DNA of 64,000 nucleotides, from contig JBKAGP010000001.1 of assembly GCA_046290465.1 (NCBI GenBank), positions 1,536,001-1,600,000 of the forward strand, read 5' to 3'. Shown in pieces: positions 31,414 through 40,441 of this stretch; positions within the stretch are counted from its first letter, which is position 1, and every line of letters begins with the position of its first letter. Below the pieces are notes generated by a model. The model was not told the DNA's origin, made no database searches, and was given only the letters and a program-made list of their open reading frames with translations. A program made the translations under genes and the position numbers. The stretch comes from Planctomycetota bacterium. GTDB lineage: Bacteria; Planctomycetota; UBA1135; UBA2386.

Positions 31414-32404
31414 AGCGGGCGGGGACTTCGGGGGTGGGGTCGGGGTTGGTGAGCCAGGGTTGGGCGCGGTAGCGGTCCCAGCTGTCGCAGCCGATGGTGA
31501 CGACCGGGCCGTCGAGGTCGTTGCGGGTGGCGACCTGCAGGGCGGCGGCGATGTTGGTGCCGGCGGAGCCGCCGAGCAGCAGGCCTTCGTCGCGGATGCA
31601 GCGGCGCGCGGTCTCGAAGCTCTGTTCGTCCGGGATGCGCAGCGCTTCGTCGATGACGGAACGGTCGAGGTTGGCGGGCGGCTGGCTGCTGCCGATGCCC
31701 TCGACGAGGTAGTCGGCCGACGGGCCGACGGTGCCGCTGGTGACCCAGTCCGCGAGGCCGGAGCCGACCGGGTCGGCGAGCACGATCCGCACGTCGGGGC
31801 AATGGCGCTTCAGCCGACGGCCGACGCCGGTGATGGTGCCGCCGGTGCCCGCGCCCGCGACGAACGCGCCGATCCGCCCGCCGGTCTGCTCGAGCAGTTC
31901 GCGCGCGGTCTGCTGCTCGTGCACCGCGACGTTGGCCGGGTTGCGGAACTGGTCGGCGAGGAACCAGCCGTGCTCGCGCGCCATGCGCTCGGCGACATTC
32001 TGGAAGTTGTTCGGATCGCTCGGCGGGGCGTTGGGCGTCACCACCACCTCGACGCCGAGCAGCCGCAGCGCGCGTCGCTTCTCGACGGCCATCTTCTCGG
32101 GCATCACGCAGACCACCCGGTAGCCGCGCGCGGCCCCCACCAACGCGAGCCCGATGCCGGTGTTGCCGGCGGTCGCTTCGACGATGGTCGCGTCGCCGGG
32201 GCGCAGCAGGCCGCGCGATTCAGCGTCGTCGACGATCGCCCGGGCGACGCGGTCCTTGACGCTGCCGCCGGGATTGAGGTGCTCGCACTTGACCAGCACG
32301 TCGACGCGGCAGCCGTGCTCGCGCGGCAGCTTGCGCAGCGCGACGAGCGGCGTGCCACCGATCCGATCGAGGAGGTCGCGGGATCGGGTGGACGTGTCGT
32401 TCAT
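31412..32404 (-). CDS. PLP-dependent cysteine synthase family protein
   Basis: IGGTPLV, KCEHLNPGGSVKDR, EATAGNTG, QFRNPAN, GAGTGGT, EGIG. Confidence 0.92.
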   Translation of the reverse strand: MNDTSTRSRDLLDRIGGTPLVALRKLPREHGCRVDVLVKCEHLNPGGSVKDRVARAIVDDAESRGLLRPGDATIVEATAGNTGIGLALVGAARGYRVVCVMPEKMAVEKRRALRLLGVEVVVTPNAPPSDPNNFQNVAERMAREHGWFLADQFRNPANVAVHEQQTARELLEQTGGRIGAFVAGAGTGGTITGVGRRLKRHCPDVRIVLADPVGSGLADWVTSGTVGPSADYLVEGIGSSQPPANLDRSVIDEALRIPDEQSFETARRCIRDEGLLLGGSAGTNIAAALQVATRNDLDGPVVTIGCDSWDRYRAQPWLTNPDPTPEVPAR

Positions 32405-32549
32405 GGTCGGCGGGTGGTCGGCGGGCGGTGTCGCACCGGGGCGACGGCGCGGAGCGAGATCCTCGGCGGTGCCGCTGCAGAAGTCCACGAACGCGCCGCG
32501 AGCGGCCCGGCCGTGTCGGCGGTGCGCGGTTGCCGCTACGTTGGCACGG

Positions 32550-33338
32550 GTGCAGATCGCGCACATCGAGGACTGGGCCGCCGCCTACGTGGAGTCGACG
32601 GCCCTCGCGTACAAGCTCGCGCCGCCGCCGCCACCGGCGACGTTCGGCAGCGGGCCGGGCGAGGCGCGCCGCATCGCGGCGCCGGGTCGGCCGGGCGAGC
32701 TCGACCTGGTCTCTCGCGCCGGCCGCTCCGCGACGCGGGCGCAGCTGGCCAACCCGCGCCGGCGCGCGCAGCTGGTGCACGCGTTCTGGCACCACGAACT
32801 GCAGGCCGCCGAGCTGATGTGCTGGGCAATGCTCGCGTTCCCCGACACGCCCGAGCCGTTCCGTCGCGGCCTGCTCGGCATCTGCCTGGACGAGATCCGC
32901 CACATGGGCCTCTACCGCGACCACCTGCAGCGGCTCGGCTTCGCGCTCGGCGACTTCCCGGTGCGCGACTGGTTCTGGCAGCGGGTCCCCCACTGCGAGA
33001 CGCCGCTGCAGTTCGTGGCGCTGATGGGCATCGGCCTCGAGGGCGGCAACCTGGACCACACCCAGCGGTTCGAGCAGTGGTTCGACGAGGTCGGCGATCG
33101 GCACGGAGCCGAGCTGCAGCGCATCGTCGGCGACGAGGAGGTCGCGCACGTGCGGTTCGCGATGAAGTGGTTCGCAGCGTGGAGCGACGGCGTCGCGTTC
33201 GACGGTTGGCGCGAGCAGCTGATCGCGCCGCTGACGCCGACGATGATGAAGGGCGCGAGCCTCGACACCGCGCGTCGGCGGCAGGCGGGCTTCTCCGACG
33301 ACTTCCTGGCCGCGCTGCGCGAGTGGCACCGGCCGTGA
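32550..33338 (+). CDS. DUF455 family ferritin-like diiron protein
   Basis: HAFWHHELQAAEL, DEIRH, LEGGNLD, DEEVAHVRFAMKWF, RRQAGF. Confidence 0.8.
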   Translation: MQIAHIEDWAAAYVESTALAYKLAPPPPPATFGSGPGEARRIAAPGRPGELDLVSRAGRSATRAQLANPRRRAQLVHAFWHHELQAAELMCWAMLAFPDTPEPFRRGLLGICLDEIRHMGLYRDHLQRLGFALGDFPVRDWFWQRVPHCETPLQFVALMGIGLEGGNLDHTQRFEQWFDEVGDRHGAELQRIVGDEEVAHVRFAMKWFAAWSDGVAFDGWREQLIAPLTPTMMKGASLDTARRRQAGFSDDFLAALREWHRP

Positions 33339-34228
33339 CGACCGTCGGCTGGATCTGCAACCTCGACGCGGACCTGGAGCTGGCCGACCCCGACGGTTTC
33401 GCGCCGAGCGCGCGCCTGCGACAGCAGGTCGACGCGATGGCCGAACGGCTGCTGGCGACGGCGCGGGCGGCGTGCCCGCGCGTGCAGCACGTCCGGATCG
33501 ACGACGGCGGTGCGCCGACGGTCTGCCAGGCCTGGTGCGCGACGCCGCGCGCGCGCGCGCAGGCCACCCGGCACGGCGTGGCGCTGCCGGCCGCACCGGC
33601 CCTGGCCGTGCTGCAGCGCGTCAACCACCGGTCGTTCGCCGCGGGCTTCGGCCTCGGCCTGCCCCACGCCGCGTTCGTCACGTCGCTGCCGCAGCTCGAA
33701 GCCATGCTGACGGCCTCGCACCCCGCGCGCGTCTGGCTGTGCAAGCGACCGTTCGGGTTCAGCGGCCGCGGCCACAAGCGCGTGGGTGGCGTGCTCGCGG
33801 GCGGGGACCGGCGCTGGGCCGAGGCGTCGATGACCGCGTACGGGCGCGGCCTGATGGTCGAACCGCTGGTCGCGGTCGAGGCGGAGTTCGCGCTGCACGC
33901 GTGGCTCGACGCGGACGGCACGTGCCTGACCGGCCGGCCGACCACGCTCGTCACCGACGAGCGCGGCGCGTGGCTGCGCAGCGAAGCGGCCACCGATCTG
34001 GTCGAGCAAGAACGCCAGCAGCTGGACGCGGCGCACGCGCTCGCCGCGGCGGAGCTGAGCGCGGCCGGCTACTTCGGGCCGTTCTCGATCGATGCGTTCC
34101 GCTACCGCGACGAGCGCGGCGAGCTGCGGTTCCACGCGCTGAGCGAACTCAACGCGCGCTACTCGATGGGGTTCTTCGTCGGCCTGGCAGAGCGGCTGGA
34201 AGAATGGCTGCTGCGGGTGCGCCGCTGA
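33335..34228 (+). CDS. Divergent ATP-grasp-like protein
   Basis: WLCKRPFGFSGRG, LMVEPLV, GYFGPFSIDAFRY, SELNARYSMG. GTGA overlap with the DUF455 stop. Confidence 0.65.
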   Translation: MTTVGWICNLDADLELADPDGFAPSARLRQQVDAMAERLLATARAACPRVQHVRIDDGGAPTVCQAWCATPRARAQATRHGVALPAAPALAVLQRVNHRSFAAGFGLGLPHAAFVTSLPQLEAMLTASHPARVWLCKRPFGFSGRGHKRVGGVLAGGDRRWAEASMTAYGRGLMVEPLVAVEAEFALHAWLDADGTCLTGRPTTLVTDERGAWLRSEAATDLVEQERQQLDAAHALAAAELSAAGYFGPFSIDAFRYRDERGELRFHALSELNARYSMGFFVGLAERLEEWLLRVRR

Positions 34229-34237
34229 GGCGAGCGC

Positions 34238-36301
34238 TCAGAACAGCTTCACGGCCGACGGCCCGCCGACGAACGTCTCGGCCAACGTGACGGGATCGAG
34301 CCCGACGACCGCGTGGTGGTAGAGACCCGGCGGCAGCCCGTAGGCGCCGGCCGGCAGCTGGAACGTCGCGGTCGCGCGGCCGCTGCCGTCGGTGAACCCC
34401 AGCGTGTTGCCGTAGGCGGTCGTGTTGAACAGCGTGATCGTCGCGCTGGTGTAGGCGTCGAAGTTGAGCGGGATCGTCAGCGGGCCGAAGGCGGGCAGCA
34501 CCGTGCCGGGATAGCTGCCGCTGGTCGACCCGAGCACCGCGTAGAGCATGTTGGCGTTGGCCGCGCCGGCGTCGATCCGGAACGTGTGGGTGCCGCCGGC
34601 GCCGATCGGGACGAACGACGGCGTCGCGATCAGCGAGCCGCTGTGGCCCTTGACGATCGCGGCACCGGCGCCGCCGTCGATCGCCTGGTAGAACACGAAG
34701 TCGCCGCCGTTGTTGAACCAGTTCGGGCTGCCCGCGGAGCTGCTCCAGTTGCCTGCCGCGGCGATGCCGGCGGTGGCCGTGCCGGTGCCGAGGCTGGTCG
34801 TGTAGGTCTCGGTCTGGTCGCGCGCGACCCGCAGGCCGAGGTCCAGATCGTGGACCAGGAAGAACGCGACCGTCGCGACGCCGTCGCTGGCGGCGACGAC
34901 GCACATCATCTGGCCGCGCGAGTTCAGGTCCGCCGTGACCGTCGCGGATTCGCAGACCCACGGGCCGTTGGCCGACGCCGGGATCGCCGGAATCACCTGC
35001 CCATCGCGCACGACCAGCTGCAGGTTGCCGGGCGTGCCGTGGAACAGCGCGCCGTCGCTCGTCGGGGGCAGCGCGCCGCCGGCCGCGTCGCGCAGGATCG
35101 TGCTGAAGCCGATCGACCCGTCCTCGCCGGTGCTGAGCGAACCGGCGACGATCTCGCCGTACGTCTCGCCGCCCGGCAGGCCGGTCGGGTCGCCTTCCTG
35201 CAGGATCGGAGCCACCGCGCCGATGCCGCCGAAGAACACCACCCGGTCATTGGCGGACGTGATGCCCGGCCCGCTGACCCGCGACGCAAACGCCAGGTTC
35301 GCCGTGTTGGTGAAGCCGTTGCCGCCGGCACCGGGACTGCCGGAGTAGACGACGCCGGCAGCCAGGCCCGGCGCCTGGTCGCCCTTGCGCGCCACCACCG
35401 ACAGGCCGGCACCGGGCTGCCAGATCGCGAGCGCGACATCGTTGCTGCTGGTCACCGTCGGCCCGGCGAGCCGGACCTGCAGCAGGATCTGGCCGCTGTC
35501 GTTGATCTGCGTCAGGAAGGCCAGGTGCGGACCGTAGTGCGGCACGAACACTTCGCCGTTGCCCAGCCCCGCATCGTCGCCCTCCCGGATCACGATCTGC
35601 AGGCCGGATGGCGAACCGGTCAGCACGATCGTGTCGTTCGCGCCGGTGACGTTGCCGGTCAGCGTGCACGGCAGCGTGACGACGCCGCTGCGGTTGATCT
35701 TGTGGTTGGTGCGGTCGATCGCGAGCGGGCCGAACCGCACGCCGCTGGCGAGGCCGGGCACGGGATCGCCCTCGCGGGCGAGCAGCGTGACCATGCCCGG
35801 CGCGCCCCAGAACAGCGCGCTGTCGGCATCGGGTGGCGTCATCGTCGGGTCGATCGGGTCGTAGAGGCGGCTGCCGAAGTAGACCAGCCCGCCGTCCGGT
35901 GAGAGCACCGGATCGTCCTCGAGGCCAGCACCCGGCGACGGACCGTCGTACTGCAGCAGGATGTTGCTCGGCAGGCCGACGATCGCGTGCGGCGAACCCG
36001 ACTGCGCGACCAGCTGCATGTCGTCGGCGAGGTGGCCGAGGAAGAGCGCGTGGTCGTCGGGGCCCGACGGCGTCAGCCGCGCGCGCAGCAACACGCGCCC
36101 GTTCTGGTCGACGACGGGTGTGGACAGCCACTGCCCGACGCCGCCGTAGATCGTCTTGCCCGGAATGCCCGGAGCGGGATCGCCGGCGGCGAGCACGACC
36201 TCTCCGTGCAGGCTGCTGAGGCTCTGGGCGAAGCCGGTGGCGGCAGTGGCGGCGAACGCGACCATCGGGAGGATCGCGGCAAGAGGGCGGGCTCGGAGCA
36301 T
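34238..36301 (-). CDS. Secreted repeat protein (choice-of-anchor NxxGxxAF-type tandem repeats) with C-terminal domain
   Basis: Repeats LAREGDPVPG, IREGDDAG, ARKGDQAPG, INRSG, INDSGQ, LNSRGQ, NNGGDFVF; signal peptide TGFA|Q. True start at 36301, not 38110. Confidence 0.8.
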   Translation of the reverse strand: MLRARPLAAILPMVAFAATAATGFAQSLSSLHGEVVLAAGDPAPGIPGKTIYGGVGQWLSTPVVDQNGRVLLRARLTPSGPDDHALFLGHLADDMQLVAQSGSPHAIVGLPSNILLQYDGPSPGAGLEDDPVLSPDGGLVYFGSRLYDPIDPTMTPPDADSALFWGAPGMVTLLAREGDPVPGLASGVRFGPLAIDRTNHKINRSGVVTLPCTLTGNVTGANDTIVLTGSPSGLQIVIREGDDAGLGNGEVFVPHYGPHLAFLTQINDSGQILLQVRLAGPTVTSSNDVALAIWQPGAGLSVVARKGDQAPGLAAGVVYSGSPGAGGNGFTNTANLAFASRVSGPGITSANDRVVFFGGIGAVAPILQEGDPTGLPGGETYGEIVAGSLSTGEDGSIGFSTILRDAAGGALPPTSDGALFHGTPGNLQLVVRDGQVIPAIPASANGPWVCESATVTADLNSRGQMMCVVAASDGVATVAFFLVHDLDLGLRVARDQTETYTTSLGTGTATAGIAAAGNWSSSAGSPNWFNNGGDFVFYQAIDGGAGAAIVKGHSGSLIATPSFVPIGAGGTHTFRIDAGAANANMLYAVLGSTSGSYPGTVLPAFGPLTIPLNFDAYTSATITLFNTTAYGNTLGFTDGSGRATATFQLPAGAYGLPPGLYHHAVVGLDPVTLAETFVGGPSAVKLF

Positions 36302-36483
36302 CGGGGTTCCCGTTTCGGGTGTGGCGCTGCCGGGCGACGGCCCGCGGGGTTGCACGCGGGGGCAGCGCAATGAGGGTCGGCAGGAGCTAGTCGCGCCACC
36401 CCGACGGGCAACCGGTTCTCGAGAAGCCGCCGCACGCCGACGATGGCGGCGGCCGTGCTGGCCCCCCGCCGGCCCGCCGCCTG

Positions 36484-37860
36484 CTAGTCTTTGGCAAACG
36501 TGGCGACGACGTCGTCGAACGAACACACCGGCCCGCCGCGCATCCCGAACGCCTGCAGCACCACGCCGTCGGCGGCCACCACGACGTAGCTCGGAAACCC
36601 GGTCACCCCGAACCGTTGCTGCCAGTCGACGGTGGCGTGCACGACCGGATAGGTGCCGCCGCGTTCGCGCACCGCAGCGAGCGTCGGCCCGCGGTCGGCC
36701 GCGGGCCCCGCGACGATCGCCAGCACCGCGACCTCGGGATGCTGCCGCTGGAACGCCTGCAGCTTCGGCACGGCGGCCTGGCACGGCCCGCAATGACGCT
36801 GCACGAAGTCCAGCAGCAGCGGCCGGCCCCGCAGCGTCGCGGCGTCGAGCGGGCGGCCGGTGGCGACGTCGACCAGCGTGGCGGGATCGAAGCGCAGCGC
36901 CGATGGCAGCAGCGGCGCGGGTCGGCGCGCGACGGCCAGCTCGAACCGGCGGGCGCCCGTGCGGCCGCCGCACGACGTGTAGAGCGGCCGCAGCGCGGCG
37001 GCGGGCAGGCTGCCCTCGGTCGTCGACAGCAGGCCGAGGTCGAGCACGGCCAGCGCCGCATCGGGACGCTCGGCGGCGGCGTGGGCGCGGGCCAGCCGCG
37101 CGACCAACGACGCGAAGCCGCTCGGCGGGTCCCCGGGGATCGCCAGCGACGACAGCTCGGCGTGGGCTCGATGCAGGCGTCCGTCGCGGATGCCGCGCTC
37201 GACGTCGACCAGCCGCGAGAACCGCCGCAGCAGCGCGACGATCGCCGGCACGCGACGCGACAGCGAACGGCCTTCGGCGTCGGCCTGCCGCTGCCACGCG
37301 GCGACGGCATCCGGCAGGCGACCGATCGCGGCCTGCAACCGTTGCAGCTGCTCCGCCGGGACCCGCTCGAGCAGTTCGCAGCGGGCGACGCCGTTGACGA
37401 AGGAGGGGTAGTGCAGCAGCGCCGACGCGCCCGCTTCGCGTCCTGCGACGGCGGCTTCGAGGTCGGCGAGCAGCGCCGGCAGCACCCGTTCGAGGTGCGT
37501 GTGTTCGGTCAGGGCAGCGCTCGGCTCCCCGTCGGCGACCAGCATCGGCGACCACGACCAGACGTAGGGCGAGAACGACGCGATGCGGCTGTCGGGCGGC
37601 ACCTCGGCGCCGACCTGCTCCGCATAGGCAGCCTCGGCTTCGACCAGCCAGCGGTAGCGGGCTTCGTCGGACGCCCCGGCGATCGGCCGCGCCTTGCGGT
37701 GTTCGAACAAGAACCGCTGCTGCTGGCCGGAGCGATCGGACAGCTGTTGGCGCGCGGCCTCTGCGGTTGGGGACGGATCCTGGGCGGCGGCGGGAGCGAG
37801 GCTGCAGGTGGCGGCGAACATGGCCGCGGCGAGGCAGGTGGATGAGGAGATGTGCATCAT
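36484..37860 (-). CDS. Secreted protein with C-terminal TlpA/redoxin domain
   Basis: LRGRPLLLDF...HCGPCQ...FGVTGFPSYVVVAADG; signal peptide PAAA|Q. Confidence 0.75.
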   Translation of the reverse strand: MMHISSSTCLAAAMFAATCSLAPAAAQDPSPTAEAARQQLSDRSGQQQRFLFEHRKARPIAGASDEARYRWLVEAEAAYAEQVGAEVPPDSRIASFSPYVWSWSPMLVADGEPSAALTEHTHLERVLPALLADLEAAVAGREAGASALLHYPSFVNGVARCELLERVPAEQLQRLQAAIGRLPDAVAAWQRQADAEGRSLSRRVPAIVALLRRFSRLVDVERGIRDGRLHRAHAELSSLAIPGDPPSGFASLVARLARAHAAAERPDAALAVLDLGLLSTTEGSLPAAALRPLYTSCGGRTGARRFELAVARRPAPLLPSALRFDPATLVDVATGRPLDAATLRGRPLLLDFVQRHCGPCQAAVPKLQAFQRQHPEVAVLAIVAGPAADRGPTLAAVRERGGTYPVVHATVDWQQRFGVTGFPSYVVVAADGVVLQAFGMRGGPVCSFDDVVATFAKD

Positions 37861-38206
37861 GTGGCGAGCAGCGGAGGGCCCGGGAGGTTCGAGGCGGACG
37901 GTTCGGGCGGTTCAGGCGGTTTGGTTCGGGCGAGTGCCGTTCGGGCCGTGCCGTTCCCGCCGTGCCGTTGGATCGGGTCCCCATGGAGTTCCCGCGGCCC
38001 ATCGGAACGCGAACGGGATCTGCCAGAACGGTCCCTGCCGCACGAGACGTCGCCGCCACCCCGATCCGTCGCGGATTCTCGCGCGCGCCGCCTTGCGAAC
38101 GTCCTCGCACGGACCGGGCGAGCCTCTAGGCTTGCTCGCGGTGCCGGGCCTGCGCCCGCCCCCACCCCTTTGCCGCGAGGCTCCACGCCAACCGACGTCC
38201 CAAGAG

Positions 38207-38572
38207 ATGGCCCTGCCCACCGACGACACGATCCTGCTGCTCCACAACCCCAGGTGCTCCAAGAGCCGCGCGACGCTGGCGCTGCTCGAGCAGCACGGCG
38301 CGACCTTCGCGGTGCGCCGCTACCTCGACGAGCCGCTCGACGAGCGCGAACTGCGGGATCTCGGCCGGCGCCTCGGCAGGTCGGCGGTCGCGTTCACCCG
38401 CACCGGGCAGGACGAGTTCGCCGCGGCCGGGCTGACCGCCGACGCGAGCGACGACGAGATCTTCGCCGCGATGGCCGAGCAGCCGATCCTGATGGAGCGA
38501 CCGGTGGTCGTGCGCGGCGCGCGCGCGCGCATCGGCCGGCCGCCCGAAGACGTGCTGGCGTTGCTCGACTGA
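38207..38572 (+). CDS. arsC: Arsenate reductase (glutaredoxin-type ArsC/YfgD family)
   Basis: HNPRCSKSR, PILMERPVV, IGRPPEDV. Confidence 0.85.
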   Translation: MALPTDDTILLLHNPRCSKSRATLALLEQHGATFAVRRYLDEPLDERELRDLGRRLGRSAVAFTRTGQDEFAAAGLTADASDDEIFAAMAEQPILMERPVVVRGARARIGRPPEDVLALLD

Positions 38573-38716
38573 CGCGGTGTTTGCGGCTGAGCGGCCATCC
38601 GTGCCGATTCGTCGGACGTTCTCACCGGCCGGAACGGCCGTTCGAGCTGCGGCAACGTTCCCGCCCCGGCGGGGCTTTCGAGGTCGCACCGCGCGGACTA
38701 CCCTCCGCGCACCTAC

Positions 38717-39781
38717 ATGAATACGACCCCTTTCCTTCTTCTCGCTACCCTTCTGACCACGCCCCTGCTCGCGCAGGGCGAGACGGTCCTGCCCGTCAGC
38801 CTCGACAAGTTCTGGGGCCAGGGCAGCTCCAGCGTGCTCGGCCAGGACAGCTCGCGCACGCAGCTGATCAGCGCCATGCCGGTGGCGCCCGGCACCACCA
38901 TCACCGGCCTCGGCCTGCGCCCGACGGCGTCGACCAGCGACCGCGCCAGCTTCACGGCCGACATCGAGATCCGCCTGTCCAGCGGTCCGAACGCGCCGGG
39001 TTCGCTCGACGCGACGTTCGCCAACAACATCGGCAACGACGAGGTCGTCGTGCTGCCGCAGCAAACGATCACCGTGCCGGCGATGCCGGCCAACCGCAGC
39101 ACCGGCTTCTACGTCGACATCCCGTTCACGACGCCGTTCGTGTTCGGCACCAACGGCAACACCAACCTCGTCGTCGAGGTGCTGGTGTTCTCGCGTTCGG
39201 CCGGCGCCTCGTGGAGCACCGACCGCGTCTTCGCCGGAGCCTCGGGCCGCGCCGGCACGGCCGGTATCGGCTGCGGCTCGGCGACGATCGGCTCGAGCTC
39301 GACCAACGCCAGCGGTTCGACCTACGTCGCCGGTGAGACCGTCGACGTCACCATCAGCGGCGGCACGCCGAACAGCGCCGCGCTGCTGGTGCCCTCGCTC
39401 GACATGAAGGAGCTCGTGCCCGGCCTGCTGCTGCCGTTCGACCTGTCGATGGTCGGCGCCGGCCCCGGCTGCGACCTGCTCGTCGCCGGCGAGATCGGCG
39501 CCGTCACCTACCTGACCGATGCGCTCGGCGACGCGGCGATGTCGCTGCCGCTGACCTCGGCCTTCACCGGCCAGAGCATCGGCTTCCAGTGGGTCTACCT
39601 GGTGCCGCCGAGCAGCACCAACCCGCTCGGCCTGGCGACGACGCCGAGCCGCGTCGTGACGATCGGCCCGCGCATCGCGGTCCCCGAGGTCCAGTACGTC
39701 TGGAACCTGTTCGACGTCAACGCGACGAGCGGCACGGCCACGACCGACTCGTGCCCGGTGCACAAGCTGTTCACGCTCTGA
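38717..39781 (+). CDS. Secreted beta-rich protein with recurring C-terminal-type domain
   Basis: Signal peptide PLLA|Q; GIGCG...GPGCDLLV...GDAAMSLPL...GFQWV...NPLGLATT. Confidence 0.8.
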   Translation: MNTTPFLLLATLLTTPLLAQGETVLPVSLDKFWGQGSSSVLGQDSSRTQLISAMPVAPGTTITGLGLRPTASTSDRASFTADIEIRLSSGPNAPGSLDATFANNIGNDEVVVLPQQTITVPAMPANRSTGFYVDIPFTTPFVFGTNGNTNLVVEVLVFSRSAGASWSTDRVFAGASGRAGTAGIGCGSATIGSSSTNASGSTYVAGETVDVTISGGTPNSAALLVPSLDMKELVPGLLLPFDLSMVGAGPGCDLLVAGEIGAVTYLTDALGDAAMSLPLTSAFTGQSIGFQWVYLVPPSSTNPLGLATTPSRVVTIGPRIAVPEVQYVWNLFDVNATSGTATTDSCPVHKLFTL

Positions 39782-39899
39782 TCCGCCGCAGCGCCGCGGC
39801 CGGCGCGGGTTCGGGAGGCATGCCCGACCCGCGCTGCTGCCGCACGGCGCGATCCGCGCGCGCCGCTGGGCGCGCGCCGCATCGCGAGCGCCCCGGCGC

Positions 39900-40270
39900 T
39901 CAGCGAACGACGCCGCCGACCACCGGCGCCAGCTGCAGCGGAGCCGCTCCGTCCTCGAGCGCCTGCAGCCACAGCTGCTGGTTCTGCACGTTGGGCGGCA
40001 GCGTCCAGGTGCCGCCCGCATCGCCGTGCTGGTCGGCGAGCAGCAGCGCCAGCGGGAACGCCGACGCGCCGAGCAGCACCGGCTGCTCGATCACCGGAAC
40101 GGTCAGCCCCTGCAGCGAGAACGCCGCGAACACGACGATCGCGCGATTGGGCTCGCCCCGGAACGACAGCGAGAACGGTGCGTTCGCAACCAGCGGTGCG
40201 CTCCGGGTCGCGGCGAACACCGGACCGTTCGGCGGCGTCGGCAGCGCACAGCCGTTCGGCGTCAGCGTGC
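39900..40270 (-). pseudogene. Orphan C-terminal-domain fragment of a secreted protein
   Basis: Codon-biased ~120 codons (NGC...GDAGGTWTLPPNVQNQQLWLQAL...) with no signal peptide or credible start upstream. Confidence 0.45.
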
Positions 40271-40408
40271 AGCGCCCAAGCCGGCCCGCGACGAGCCGGT
40301 CGCCTTCGATTCGGTCCGTGACCAATCCGCGTCCACCGGGGCGGCTGCGGTGACCAGCGAACGCCCACGAATCGGCGCGCGATGCGCTGCTTGCCCGGGT
40401 GACGCGCC

Positions 40409-40425
40409 AAGGCATGAGCATTGCA
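40409..40425 (+). promoter_or_regulatory. Putative sigma54 (-24/-12) promoter of the CobN-like operon
   Basis: AAGGCATGAGCATTGCA: GG(40411-12)-N10-GC(40423-24). Confidence 0.4.
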
Positions 40426-40441
40426 AGGGGCGGGCAACGCG

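Noticed and set aside
34238..38110. 1290-aa ORF as a single giant protein
   Set aside because: The first ~600 codons are Arg/Ala/Pro-rich shadow translation overlapping the real TlpA-domain gene in another frame; a signal peptide begins at 36301.
40280..40441. Cobalamin riboswitch upstream of the CobN-like gene
   Set aside because: No GGGAA / GCCACTG B12-box elements are visible.
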